Of a stretch of 43,781 nucleotides of DNA, positions 8,493 to 18,474 are shown piece by piece. Source of the DNA: a virus (taxonomy: Duplodnaviria; Caudoviricetes); the IMG/VR virus record IMGVR_UViG_3300006120_000003, positions 1-43,781 of that record. The stretch is one strand, 5' to 3'. Position numbers and translations under genes: made by a program. Each line of letters opens with the position of its first letter. Positions within the stretch are counted from its first letter, which is position 1. The notes under the pieces are model-generated. The model ran no database searches. It worked only from the letters and a program-made list of their open reading frames with translations, and was not told the DNA's origin.

Positions 8493-9716
8493 ATGAGCGT
8501 AGGAATTTTTAACTCTGCTTTGTTCACTCAGGATCTTGCGCGTAAGTCGTTCGCTGGAATGATTACTCGCCTGATGCCAAATGGTATGGCCACTCTGTTC
8601 GGTCTTACCAGCATGTTGAGCAGCGAAACTGCTCTGCAGACTGAACACGGCTTCTTCACCAAGACCATGTTGTTCCCACAGGCTACTCTGAGCGCTGCTG
8701 GCCAAGCTGTTGGTGACACCATTTTCACTGTTACAAGCACCAACAACCTGCTGCCTGGCATGTTGATGCGTGTTGATAGCACAGGTGAAAATCTTATCAT
8801 CAATGCTATTGTCAGCACCACTCAGATTGCTGTTCAGCGCGCTGTTGGTAGCGTGGCTGCGCAGGCAATTGCGGCTTCCATCAACCTTTACCAAGTAGGT
8901 ACGGCGTTCGAAGAATCTTCGCTGCGTCCGAATGCCCTGGCTATTAACCCGGTTCGCGTTACTAACCTGACGCAGATCTTCCGTAATACCTGGGCTATCT
9001 CCGACACGGTTCGTGCTACTCAGATGATTGCTGGTGAAACCAACATCGCTGAGAACCGCACTGACTGCGCTGCTTTCCATGCTGCTGATATTGAGAAGGG
9101 TCTCTTCTTCGGTCAGAAGTATGCTGGCACGCGTAATGGTCAGCCGTTCCGCACGATGGATGGTATCTATTCGATCGTCTCGAATATTGCTTACTATCCG
9201 CCGTCGTACGCTTCGCCCAACGTGACTGTTGCTGGTTCTACCACCAACTACACTCAGTTCGAAGCTGCTTTCGACCCGATCTTCAATCAGGCTACTGATC
9301 CGAAGGTTGCTAACGAGCGTGTTCTGTTCGTTGGTGGTACTGCCAAGAAGGTTATCAATAACATTGGTCGCCTGAATGGTACTTACTACATGGTTGATGG
9401 CCAGACTGATTGGGGTCTGCAGTTCTCGACTATTAAGATCGCTCGTGGTACGTTCCGTGTTATTGAACACCCGCTGTTCAACACGAACTCCTCGTGGTCG
9501 AAGCTGGCTATTGCTGTTGATCTGTCCAGCTTCTCGCTGGCTTATCTGGGCGATCGCAAGACTCAGAACAAGGAATTCAACATGGATGGTACTGAGGCTC
9601 CGGACAATGGCATTGATGCTGTTGGCGGAACTCTTACCACTGAGTTGACCACGGTCATTAAGAACCCGCCTGCCTTCGGCATTATGACTAACCTCACTGC
9701 CGCTGCTGCTGGCTAA
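8493..9716 (+). CDS. Major capsid protein
   Basis: 407 aa, AGGAG RBS, high-expression codon bias, NLTQIFR and RTMDGI motifs of podovirus HK97-fold capsids, followed by a terminator. Confidence 0.88.
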   Translation: MSVGIFNSALFTQDLARKSFAGMITRLMPNGMATLFGLTSMLSSETALQTEHGFFTKTMLFPQATLSAAGQAVGDTIFTVTSTNNLLPGMLMRVDSTGENLIINAIVSTTQIAVQRAVGSVAAQAIAASINLYQVGTAFEESSLRPNALAINPVRVTNLTQIFRNTWAISDTVRATQMIAGETNIAENRTDCAAFHAADIEKGLFFGQKYAGTRNGQPFRTMDGIYSIVSNIAYYPPSYASPNVTVAGSTTNYTQFEAAFDPIFNQATDPKVANERVLFVGGTAKKVINNIGRLNGTYYMVDGQTDWGLQFSTIKIARGTFRVIEHPLFNTNSSWSKLAIAVDLSSFSLAYLGDRKTQNKEFNMDGTEAPDNGIDAVGGTLTTELTTVIKNPPAFGIMTNLTAAAAG

Positions 9717-9754
9717 CCGGTGCTGCCGTTAGCTTCTTAGCTATCGGAAACCTA

Positions 9755-9794
9755 CCCCTCTAGCTTGCTAATAACTTGCTAGAGGGGGATTTTT
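9755..9794 (+). terminator. Terminator after the major capsid gene
   Basis: cccctctagc/gctagagggg stem followed by gattttt. Confidence 0.7.
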
Positions 9795-9806
9795 CAGGAG
9801 ATAGAA

Positions 9807-10142
9807 ATGGCACTTACAGTCCGGGTTCCTAATGCAGTATCCTCAATCACCCTGGCTACCAGTGGTGTTTTGACTCCTGTTAATGGCATCATTACTGTTA
9901 CCACAGCGGCTGAACAAACTGCCTTGTGTTATCCGTACAGTACTCCGATCATTGTTACGAGCAATCCTAGCAATGGTCAGTGCACTCTGCGGTTCCCCAG
10001 CGTGGTTACTTCAATCACTGTTAACAGCAATGTGTACTCTGTTACTAATGGTGTCTCCGCAGCCATGAGTGCAGTTGACGTTACTGCGGTACTTACCGGG
10101 TGTAACTTTCTCACACCGTTCGATCTTGTCACTGGTGTGTAA
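9807..10142 (+). CDS. Small structural protein with a two-fold internal repeat
   Basis: LTVRVPNAVSSITL..VNG and CTLRFPSVVTSITV..TNG halves; AGGAG RBS. Confidence 0.7.
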   Translation: MALTVRVPNAVSSITLATSGVLTPVNGIITVTTAAEQTALCYPYSTPIIVTSNPSNGQCTLRFPSVVTSITVNSNVYSVTNGVSAAMSAVDVTAVLTGCNFLTPFDLVTGV

Positions 10143-10187
10143 TAAGTTTCCACCTCAACCCATAGCACCAAAACAAAGGAAGTAAAA

Positions 10188-10790
10188 ATGGATCCGAATC
10201 TTCTGCCTCCGGGCGCTTCAAGCCAAGTTACCCAAATTGCCCATATCACGGCTCCTATGAGCAATGAAGAGGGCGCAGTTACTAAGTACTATATTTGCAC
10301 AATCTCGTTTGCTTCGCTCCATCGCTACGATGGTAAGAAGTTGCCGTTCGTGCACGGTTTCCTGGAGACTTCTATCAAGACGGATATTGAGTATCTTGAT
10401 AAGGAAATCTCTGAAGGCAACGTCTATCTGCGCTACGCTACTGACGAAGAAATTCATGCATCTAAGATGCGTCGTGATCCGCGTGGCACCATTGCTAATG
10501 AAATCCGTGAACAGGTGGAGAGTGAAATCTCGGCTCACTATGATGCTGAGATTAAGGCGCTTCAGGATGCTCTTGCCAGCATTGAAACATCTTCGGATGA
10601 ACAAAAGCTGGCTGGTATCGACTCAGCGCGCGCTCGTATTGACGCCCTTAAAGCTAAAGGAAAAGTTCATAAGAGTGGAACTGCTACTGTTATCATGGAG
10701 TCTGTTCCTGCCCCGCTTAAGGGTATCGTGAACAGCGGCAATCTTGCTGGTGCAGAGACTGGTTCTACCAGTGGCATGTCGGTTGAATAA
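10188..10790 (+). CDS. Hypothetical protein (200 aa, coiled coil)
   Basis: AAGGA RBS; in structural operon. Confidence 0.75.
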   Translation: MDPNLLPPGASSQVTQIAHITAPMSNEEGAVTKYYICTISFASLHRYDGKKLPFVHGFLETSIKTDIEYLDKEISEGNVYLRYATDEEIHASKMRRDPRGTIANEIREQVESEISAHYDAEIKALQDALASIETSSDEQKLAGIDSARARIDALKAKGKVHKSGTATVIMESVPAPLKGIVNSGNLAGAETGSTSGMSVE

Positions 10791-10813
10791 AACTATTTAA
10801 GGGGCGATTGGTC

Positions 10814-11503
10814 ATGGCTACTACTATTGCAAATCTTGCTGCGTTGGTATACGTCGAGACCAATCGCCCTGATTTAATCTCAGAAACCTACAATGCAGTT
10901 CTTGCATCTATTACTAAGATGCACTGCTTGGATTATTTTCCACGAGATATTGTAACATCGAAAATTGTATTTGATTCAAGTGCATATATTCAGGAGTTGG
11001 ATACTACCATTCTTCCTCGCTGGAGAGCATGGAAAGCTATCCGTAAGTGGGACCCTACGTATATTAATTACCAGTCGAACCCAAATAACTCCTTGCCACT
11101 TATTAGTAACTCTCTAGGATTTTCTGCCAATCCCAGTCAGGCGTTGGCATTTTTCAATATGATTGATCTGGATGATATTCTGGATGGCTATGAAACAGAG
11201 AAAGTGAATGTCTGTTATCAAGCTGGAACTACTCTTTACATGAAAAGTTCCACTACTTTCCAACAGGCATTTGCATTCTTCTATCAGTACCCCAACTTGG
11301 ATCCAACCAATTCCTATGCGAATTTCTCAAGTTGGATCGCTGATAACCATCCTTATACAATTGTGTATGATGCAGCTTCAGCAGTTCTGCAGAAAATCGG
11401 TATGACTGATGCGGCTCGCAAGTACGACAATCCCACCAACGGTCTTGTTAAAGATCAAATGGAAGCGCTAGTGAAGACTGGCCTCCTCGCGAAAGGGTAC
11501 TAA
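10814..11503 (+). CDS. Putative head-tail adaptor (tail tubular protein A-like)
   Basis: N-terminal VYVETNRPDL and C-terminal WIADNHPYTIVYDAA pattern of adaptor proteins; gene position. Confidence 0.65.
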   Translation: MATTIANLAALVYVETNRPDLISETYNAVLASITKMHCLDYFPRDIVTSKIVFDSSAYIQELDTTILPRWRAWKAIRKWDPTYINYQSNPNNSLPLISNSLGFSANPSQALAFFNMIDLDDILDGYETEKVNVCYQAGTTLYMKSSTTFQQAFAFFYQYPNLDPTNSYANFSSWIADNHPYTIVYDAASAVLQKIGMTDAARKYDNPTNGLVKDQMEALVKTGLLAKGY

Positions 11504-11506
11504 GAA

Positions 11507-12361
11507 ATGGCTACTAATCCTACAACAGTTTGGACTACGTTAGCGCTGCCATACTATCCTACTGGCGCAGTGCCATTTGTCAATAGTGACGCAGCTACAA
11601 TTAATATTGATGTACTTAATTTCTGGTGGAACCAGACTGCTGCACAGCTTAGTATCAAAACAAATGGCGATCAGACAGGTTCTGATAGCATTAACACTTA
11701 TTATAACGTTGACACGTACTGGCCATGGCTAAGCACTACTGTTGCAGCAGGTGTTATGAATAATTCTAACACAGCTGGTTTTACGGTTTCTAGCAGTCGT
11801 GGAACAGGTAGCGCTCCTAGCTATTCTCTTACTGGAGATTTTATTGGTAAATTCTCCGCTTGGTCCTGGGTTGGCGCAACACCTGCTTGGACAGAAGTTA
11901 GCGGAATTAATAACTACGTCACCGGCGTTAATACCAGCAACCTAGGTGGTGAATTGCGGCTCTTCACTAAGGGCGACAACGGTGTGCAAGTTGAATGGGC
12001 TAAACTTACTAACGCTGGGCAATTTGCTCCAGTAGTGGCAGGTGCAACTTCTCTTGGCTATGCAGCGTTCGGATGGAAGCAACTTAATCTTGCTTACAAT
12101 ATCTCCGCCGTTGTTGGGTCTCAGACTCTCAATGTTCCTACTGGCTCTTTTAAGATTGCAGCTGGCAACAGCAGTGCCATAATTACTAATTCTTTAGTTA
12201 CTGCCAACAGTATTGTATTGGCAGTACTTCAGACTAATGACACTACTGCTCTTTATGTGCGAAGCGTCATTCCAGCTGCAGGTAACTTCACTGTTAACTT
12301 AAGTGCCAATGCCACTGCTCAGGTTACTGTGGCGTTCCTAGTCGTTAACACTGACTCGTAG
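11507..12361 (+). CDS. Tail or spike structural protein
   Basis: Beta-rich 284 aa; C-terminal VTANSIVLA..AGNFTVN segment common in phage tail proteins. Confidence 0.6.
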   Translation: MATNPTTVWTTLALPYYPTGAVPFVNSDAATINIDVLNFWWNQTAAQLSIKTNGDQTGSDSINTYYNVDTYWPWLSTTVAAGVMNNSNTAGFTVSSSRGTGSAPSYSLTGDFIGKFSAWSWVGATPAWTEVSGINNYVTGVNTSNLGGELRLFTKGDNGVQVEWAKLTNAGQFAPVVAGATSLGYAAFGWKQLNLAYNISAVVGSQTLNVPTGSFKIAAGNSSAIITNSLVTANSIVLAVLQTNDTTALYVRSVIPAAGNFTVNLSANATAQVTVAFLVVNTDS

Positions 12362-12372
12362 GAGTTTCATAA

Positions 12373-14358
12373 ATGGCTTATACTCCTGATCCAACAAATG
12401 TTAATCAGCCTGATGATACCGTACTAGCTGAAAGCGCGACTGCTGAGTTCCGCGCTCTCAAGGCATATATCAAAGGGTTTATTACCACAGCTACTAGCAC
12501 AACTTCAATGGCTCCTGCTACTGGTAATATATCTTTCACAACACAAACAGGTCTTACTTTTTATACTGGACAGTTCGTACAAGCAATAAGTGCTAGTGCT
12601 AACACTAACTGGATGTATGGACAGGTTGTAAGCTACAATACTAGCACCGGTGCGTTAGTAATTAATGTGGTTAGCACCAATGGTTCTGCTACGAAATCAG
12701 ATTGGACTATTGGACCGTCTGGTATTCAAGGACCTGCAGGTGTTGGAACTGGAGCAGTTAGTATAGGAGTTTCTGGTGATATAGCTGTGTATGCGGGCGC
12801 TGGTAATACGCTCGGAGATAGCGGAGTTGCTATCAGTACTGATGGAACTTTTGCTGCTAACAGCAATGCGCTAATTCCTACTCAACAAGCTATTAAAACT
12901 TATCTTAGTGCGGCCGCCGTTGGTATCGAAAGTCCGGTTAGGCAAACTGTTTTATCGGGTGATAGCAGCAGCGGCACCCCAAACTGGTTAACTACTGGAT
13001 CGGGGTTGACCCCGGCATATACCGCTACTGCACCTCTCGTGATTACCTATGCCTGCGGATTTGGCATCAGTGGCGCGGTTGACAAAGTTTCGGTTATTTC
13101 GGCTGGCGGTAGCACGGCGGCATGCTCGGCCAACACCCTGTCCTACATCCTGGCGACCTACGCCTCGGCAACGTCCGTCACTTGGTCAACCACCATTGCG
13201 CCGCCACAATACACTCCCTATTACACACGCCCACAGATCAGCTACACTCTGAACAACACTGCACTGGATGACTTCGGGACAGCAGCACTAACTGGCATCC
13301 CGGGCTATAGCAATGCGTTCCCGGCTATCGCGTCCACATATTACGCCACGTTCAATGGATCGCAATACGTTGGCTCTGTAATTGTTCCGCTTGGCACCCT
13401 GGGGAATGGTGGCTGGACTGTGCGCCAGTGGTTCAAGATCAGCAGTCTGTCGAGCCAGAATGCGATCCTGTCGGTGCAGGGTTTGACGGGCTATGGTGTA
13501 AATGTTTTCGTCAACACATCTGGCAAGACCGTCCTCTACCTTTCATCTACTGGAACGTCAAACGACATAGCAAACGGCACGGTTGGCACGGCAACTATTT
13601 CCGCCGTCTCGATGGCTTCGTCTGGGGGCTGGCACTTCGCTGAATGCACCTACGATCCGGTTGCGGGTAAATATTATCTCTATATTGACGGAGTTGTTGA
13701 TCAGACCGTCACAAGCAGTTCTAAAATCTGTTACGCTTATGCGCCTTATGTTGGCATTGCATCCGGGAATGGGTCGAGTTATTACCTCACTGGTGGCGCA
13801 TGTGGGTTGGAAATATTCCCATACTGCTTACACCCTGCCGGTACGTCCTATTCAGTTCCAACCGCGCTCGGTTCATTTGCCATCGGCATTCCTATGGTGC
13901 CGTGGTTTGACACTGTAAACTACCAGTGGAAAACCCCGTCTTCTGCATCCGTCGTTTCTGGGAATAACCCGACTTTCACAGCCACTCAGACTGTCTGTGT
14001 GGGCGAAGCGACTGCTGGTGTCAGCACCATTTCCAGCGTGATCAGCTACGCCTACCAGGGGCAGTTCAATAGTGCGAACAATCCGATCACGTTTACGACC
14101 GGCACCGCCTACACCTGGAACCACAATATTGGCGTAAATCCAGACCAAATCCGGTTGGTCACATTGACGCGAACCGCTGCCACCGCCCCTTGGCTTGAAG
14201 GCGCGAACGCATACAACGGTAGCGCATGGTTCAACACGCAAGCAAACCTCAACCGCAACACCGCGCAGTTTTTAACGGGTGCGAGCGGCGTGATGGTCTA
14301 CTCAGGCACCACTGCAACTTCGGGGCAAATTGCCCTCGTAGCAAAGAGGGCTTTCTAA
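12373..14358 (+). CDS. Tail fibre with a LamG/concanavalin A-like domain
   Basis: N-terminal anchor (PDD..EFRALKAYI); WTVRQWFK..GWHFAECTYD..YLYIDGV LamG pattern; C-terminal WNHNIGVNP. Confidence 0.8.
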   Translation: MAYTPDPTNVNQPDDTVLAESATAEFRALKAYIKGFITTATSTTSMAPATGNISFTTQTGLTFYTGQFVQAISASANTNWMYGQVVSYNTSTGALVINVVSTNGSATKSDWTIGPSGIQGPAGVGTGAVSIGVSGDIAVYAGAGNTLGDSGVAISTDGTFAANSNALIPTQQAIKTYLSAAAVGIESPVRQTVLSGDSSSGTPNWLTTGSGLTPAYTATAPLVITYACGFGISGAVDKVSVISAGGSTAACSANTLSYILATYASATSVTWSTTIAPPQYTPYYTRPQISYTLNNTALDDFGTAALTGIPGYSNAFPAIASTYYATFNGSQYVGSVIVPLGTLGNGGWTVRQWFKISSLSSQNAILSVQGLTGYGVNVFVNTSGKTVLYLSSTGTSNDIANGTVGTATISAVSMASSGGWHFAECTYDPVAGKYYLYIDGVVDQTVTSSSKICYAYAPYVGIASGNGSSYYLTGGACGLEIFPYCLHPAGTSYSVPTALGSFAIGIPMVPWFDTVNYQWKTPSSASVVSGNNPTFTATQTVCVGEATAGVSTISSVISYAYQGQFNSANNPITFTTGTAYTWNHNIGVNPDQIRLVTLTRTAATAPWLEGANAYNGSAWFNTQANLNRNTAQFLTGASGVMVYSGTTATSGQIALVAKRAF

Positions 14359-14771
14359 TGGGCTACTACATCAATCCAGAACTCGGCTACTATGAAGGTG
14401 ACGCAATCCCCGGCGACGTGCCGGTTCCGCAACGGCCCGATGCGACCTACACTTGGGACGGGTCAGCATGGCAATCGACAGCTGAAACTCGTAATGCGCC
14501 ATTCAAAGCGCAGATAGGAGATTTGGAAGCTCTTATTACTCAGCGCCGCTTAAGAGAAGCTGCACTAGGAATTGATAATGGATGGTTAGCTAATCTTAAT
14601 AATCAGATAGCCACCATCCGGCTTAATATTGAAGCTCCTAGTGACTCTTCAACTCAGCTCGCAGCACTTACTACAACTCAGTTGAGTAGTATTACTACAA
14701 CTGCTTTAGCGGCTATAACAACTACTCAATTAGCCGGGTTTACAACAACCCAATTAGCCGCACTTCGGTAG
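14358..14771 (+). CDS. Tail fibre assembly-like protein with C-terminal 8-aa repeats
   Basis: ATG overlaps fibre stop (TAATG); YYEGD..VPQRPD..YTWDGSAW motif; ends in five TTTQLAAL-like units. Confidence 0.75.
   Translation: MGYYINPELGYYEGDAIPGDVPVPQRPDATYTWDGSAWQSTAETRNAPFKAQIGDLEALITQRRLREAALGIDNGWLANLNNQIATIRLNIEAPSDSSTQLAALTTTQLSSITTTALAAITTTQLAGFTTTQLAALR
14647..14767 (+). repeat. Degenerate 24-nt tandem coding repeat (about 5 units)
   Basis: Encodes SSTQLAAL TTTQLSSI TTTALAAI TTTQLAGF TTTQLAAL. Confidence 0.85.
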
Positions 14772-14786
14772 TTTGGAGTAATAACT

Positions 14787-16853
14787 ATGGCTCATCAATG
14801 GGTACGAGTAAATCTCGGAGCAGCGCAGTTCCCGTTTGAAAGTGATCTGTGGGGCCGCTCTATTATCCTTCCTGGCTACGACATTAACTATGATCGTATC
14901 AGCCAAGCTGGTGACAAGCAACCTGATCGTGGCTTGCCGCAGGCGTACTACATGCATAATGTTGTGCCCACCACGCAAGGTTATCAAGCGGTTGCATATG
15001 ATACTTTTCTTAAAGGTATTGCAAACGCAACCGATTTCGATCAAGCGTTTCAGCTTGAGTATACCTCTCCGTTGGTGAGTAAGATGCTATTCTCTCCAGC
15101 AGGCGGAAAGAATTACGTCTATGATCCGGCTGTTACTGTATGGCAGTCTGTAGCAGTTCTTGGTAATGCAGGTGCCTCACCAGCAGGGCCGCCCACTCAG
15201 ACTTACAGTGCTACAGCAGCAACTTACGTTGATGAATCTTTCCAACTTCCTAACAGCACTACCATTGCTTCCTTAGGGGCATTCCTCACTACTGGCAACT
15301 CTGTTGCTATCCAGTTGTTTATAGTGCTGCAGAATTCTCCTGGCAACTATACAGTGGTAGCAAATGTCAGTGGCACACATACGGGCGGCGATTGGCAAGA
15401 CTTTGCAGTTACTTACGCGGTACCTGCTAGTGGCAAGTATTTCATTGCTTGCTATCTCCCAGTTTCTGCTGTATTTAATTATAATACTAATCTTACTTCT
15501 GCCTCCGTTAATGGAGTTGCTGCCGGGACTCAAACATGGACTGAAACCACTTCAGGAAATACTCCTCCAGTTCGGGGTACAACTAACGTATCAACGATGA
15601 CGGTTCCTCAGAACTCCATTGTCACTACTGCATTTGTCAACGGCATTACCTACATCTGCTATCAAGGCATTGGCGTTTACCGCTACGATTACACTAAGAC
15701 TAAGCTGCAGTATGTGGCGCTGAATGGATTGAATCCTACTCAGGTTAAAGGTATCTGCAATGCCAATGGCTACATGATAGCGTGGACAGATACTACCGTT
15801 GTTTGGTCATCGACTACAAATCCTGAGGACTTCGTACCCTCTCTTACTACCGGAGCGGGCGGTGGAGCATTGCAGTTCGCTAAAGGAAAGGTACAGTTCT
15901 GCCTTCCTATTAGCGGAGGCTTCTTTGCTTACTGCGAACAGAACGTAGTCTCTGCTACATACAGTTCCAACATTCGCTATCCGTATGTGTTTGCTGAAGT
16001 TGCTGACTCCGGCGGTTGTATATCTCCTGAGCAAGTCTCATGGCAAGGTAACAACTCCAGTCACTACGCATGGACTACTAGCGGACTGCAGAATATCTCC
16101 AGAACTAAAGCAGACCAGGTATTCCCGGATGCCACTGACTGGTTGAGCGGACTTACTATGGAAGATTATGATGAGGTCAACATGGTGTTGAATCTCACAT
16201 ATCTTTCTTCTCCGCTTAATATCAAGGTCAATGTCATTGCTAACCGCTATGCTATCATCTCTTATGGTGTGACTGCCCCTGAGTTTACTCATGCGCTGGT
16301 GTATGACATTTCCCTCAAGCGGTGGGGAAAATTCAAAATAACGCATAGAGATGTTTTTGAATGGGAAGCACCTGCTCCTTATGGAGCTCTTAACTACGGC
16401 CAGCTTAGCGCGGTTGCTTACGGACAGTTGTCCAATACTACGTATGGCAACTTAGCTACTACTGGTGTTAACGGCGAGGAGTATCCGAGGAAGAACATTG
16501 CCTTCTTGCAGAAAGATGGAACAGTAAAAGTCGTTAATTTTGACCTCTCTCAGGCTAGTGCAAGCGGCGTTCTTATCGTCGGTAAGTTCCAGTTCTCTCG
16601 TGATAAGTATGTGACGCATCAACTTACTGATGTTGAAAATGTTATCTATGGGAACAACTTCAACTTCTATGTAGTCCCATCGCTAAATGGTAAAGATCTA
16701 ATGACTCCTATTCCTGGTACTATACTTGATATAGGCCAGGAGATACGCAGATATGGCTGCCGTGCTACTGGCTTGAATATATCTCTGCTTTTTATGGGGT
16801 CGTTCAATCTCACCACTGTCATCTTTGACTTCACTGTAGCTGGAGATAGATAA
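14787..16853 (+). CDS. Tail nozzle or stabilisation protein (tail tubular B-like)
   Basis: 688-aa beta-rich protein in the tail module; N-terminal AYYMHNVVPT motif; propeller-like segments. Confidence 0.65.
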   Translation: MAHQWVRVNLGAAQFPFESDLWGRSIILPGYDINYDRISQAGDKQPDRGLPQAYYMHNVVPTTQGYQAVAYDTFLKGIANATDFDQAFQLEYTSPLVSKMLFSPAGGKNYVYDPAVTVWQSVAVLGNAGASPAGPPTQTYSATAATYVDESFQLPNSTTIASLGAFLTTGNSVAIQLFIVLQNSPGNYTVVANVSGTHTGGDWQDFAVTYAVPASGKYFIACYLPVSAVFNYNTNLTSASVNGVAAGTQTWTETTSGNTPPVRGTTNVSTMTVPQNSIVTTAFVNGITYICYQGIGVYRYDYTKTKLQYVALNGLNPTQVKGICNANGYMIAWTDTTVVWSSTTNPEDFVPSLTTGAGGGALQFAKGKVQFCLPISGGFFAYCEQNVVSATYSSNIRYPYVFAEVADSGGCISPEQVSWQGNNSSHYAWTTSGLQNISRTKADQVFPDATDWLSGLTMEDYDEVNMVLNLTYLSSPLNIKVNVIANRYAIISYGVTAPEFTHALVYDISLKRWGKFKITHRDVFEWEAPAPYGALNYGQLSAVAYGQLSNTTYGNLATTGVNGEEYPRKNIAFLQKDGTVKVVNFDLSQASASGVLIVGKFQFSRDKYVTHQLTDVENVIYGNNFNFYVVPSLNGKDLMTPIPGTILDIGQEIRRYGCRATGLNISLLFMGSFNLTTVIFDFTVAGDR

Positions 16854-17431
16854 TGGTCGGGCAAGTTTATTACTCAAATGTAAACTTTCTAATACCACAG
16901 TCTCCTCCGTCTGATTTAAGCCCGGAGATTCAGTCCGCATTGCAGCAGGTTTACCTGTCAATGCAGCAGATGATCCGCACTTTCATTGATAACTGTGGTA
17001 TTTCTTCTCAACCTCCTCAGCAATGGAGTAGTTTTGCTGGCAATCCCTCTACGGTGCTAAGACAGAATCTAGGTCGATTTTATGTCACTGCTAGTGAAGC
17101 CATTTCTTATGGTGCTATGGTTAATCTCTACAACAATGGCGGCACTATCAATGCCAGAAATGCTAATGCAACGGATAATACTAAGCCTGCTCATGGCTTC
17201 TGTAATGTTTCTGGTGGCATTAGCGCGGGTTCTACTGGTGAAGTCATACTGGGGTCTGGTGTTAATCAGATCAACGGACTTACTCCTGGGCAGATGTATT
17301 GGCTTGCTACTAGCAATGGACAATTAGTAGCATCGCGTCCATCGGCAGCAGGTAATATAGAACAGTTCTGTGGATTTGCTCTAAGCACCACTCAGCTATA
17401 TATAAATGTTGGCGGGTACATTCAACACTAA
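16853..17431 (+). CDS. Virion structural protein
   Basis: TASEAISYGAMV..AHGF..GLTPGQMYWL pattern seen in phage cement/tail domains; TAATG coupling. Confidence 0.65.
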   Translation: MVGQVYYSNVNFLIPQSPPSDLSPEIQSALQQVYLSMQQMIRTFIDNCGISSQPPQQWSSFAGNPSTVLRQNLGRFYVTASEAISYGAMVNLYNNGGTINARNANATDNTKPAHGFCNVSGGISAGSTGEVILGSGVNQINGLTPGQMYWLATSNGQLVASRPSAAGNIEQFCGFALSTTQLYINVGGYIQH

Positions 17432-17441
17432 GAGGGGTAAA

Positions 17442-17792
17442 ATGGCAGAAGAACAAGAAAAACAGATGATGTTTACTTTCATTCCGGATGAGGCACCTAC
17501 TTGCCAGAAACCTCAAGAATGTGAGTTACCTTCTTTGCAGCATCAGATCAAACTACTCTGGGAACGACATGATGATATGCATGACAGTCTGCAAGAGAAT
17601 ACTCGGATAACGCACGAAATTAAGAAAGACACAGAAGATTTGGTGACACTTCTGAAGAACGCTAAAGCTGGACTACGTGCAGTGAACATTATTGTTGCTG
17701 GGATCAAATGGTTAGCTGGTGTAGGTTTTGCTATAGTAACTTTGTACTATATACTAACTACTGGAAAGCCTCCTCCACATGATCCCTTGTAG
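17442..17792 (+). CDS. Tail-anchored coiled-coil membrane protein (holin or XhlA-like)
   Basis: GAGGGG RBS; coiled coil then one C-terminal TM segment (IKWLAGVGFAIVTLYYIL). Confidence 0.6.
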   Translation: MAEEQEKQMMFTFIPDEAPTCQKPQECELPSLQHQIKLLWERHDDMHDSLQENTRITHEIKKDTEDLVTLLKNAKAGLRAVNIIVAGIKWLAGVGFAIVTLYYILTTGKPPPHDPL

Positions 17793-17821
17793 CGTTGTAA
17801 CTGATAAAAGGAGAAACTAAA

Positions 17822-18106
17822 ATGGCATCTAATGTATCAAACCCAATAGCATTAAATGCAGCTGCTGGAGGAGTTTCTGCCCCTCTAATTGGCATTATTG
17901 CTTGGGTACTTTCCCTGTGGAATATCCAACTTCCTGCCGATGTAGCAGTATATATGACGGTGCTTTTGAGCGTTGGTGTTCATGCAATCGTTGTGTACAT
18001 TAATGCTGAGAAGTCCGGTAATGACGGTGTTGCTGCAGTAGCAGCAGTTCTCGATCCAATTGGAACTCCTGTACCCTCTAACCAAGGAACTCCAAATGTA
18101 CAATAA
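17822..18106 (+). CDS. Putative holin (two TM segments)
   Basis: AAGGAG RBS; LIGIIAWVLSLW and VAVYMTVLLSVGVHAIVVYI hydrophobic helices. Confidence 0.65.
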   Translation: MASNVSNPIALNAAAGGVSAPLIGIIAWVLSLWNIQLPADVAVYMTVLLSVGVHAIVVYINAEKSGNDGVAAVAAVLDPIGTPVPSNQGTPNVQ

Positions 18107-18473
18107 GCTAAAAGCAATCGCGGTAGCATTGACTCTTTCTGTGTCTGCGTGTGGTAGTGTTCCTGATACTGCTCAGGATATTGCTCTCTTGCAGATCACT
18201 TACACCGCTGCAGCTAATGCAGCTGCGACGTATCTTACTTCTGGTGCTCCGATCTCGGATACTACGAAGGCTGATATTCTCAAAGCTAATGAAGCCGCGC
18301 ATAGTGCAGTTGCAGCAGCAGTCTCCTCATTGGCTGCTTGCCCTGTCGCTAACAACAAGTTCGATAGTAGCTGTGCTAATGGCGCCGCTGTTGTCGGAGC
18401 GTTCGATGCAGCTAAGAGTGCTGTGACCCAGCTACTTAACTTGGTGCCTGCATCTGCCGGTAAAGGAGCATAA
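18096..18473 (+). CDS. Lipoprotein, spanin-like candidate (125 aa)
   Basis: AAGGA RBS; MYNKLKAIAVALTLSVSA-C lipobox; Ala-rich helices and two extra Cys. Confidence 0.75.
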   Translation: MYNKLKAIAVALTLSVSACGSVPDTAQDIALLQITYTAAANAAATYLTSGAPISDTTKADILKANEAAHSAVAAAVSSLAACPVANNKFDSSCANGAAVVGAFDAAKSAVTQLLNLVPASAGKGA

Positions 18474-18474
18474 G

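Noticed and set aside
7655-9470. Long antisense ORFs (224 aa and 351 aa) opposite the capsid genes
   Set aside because: Shadow frames expected from strong codon bias; no clear RBS and no recognisable protein features
12373-14771. Diversity-generating retroelement or invertible fibre cassette
   Set aside because: No reverse transcriptase, recombinase, or template/variable repeat pair seen
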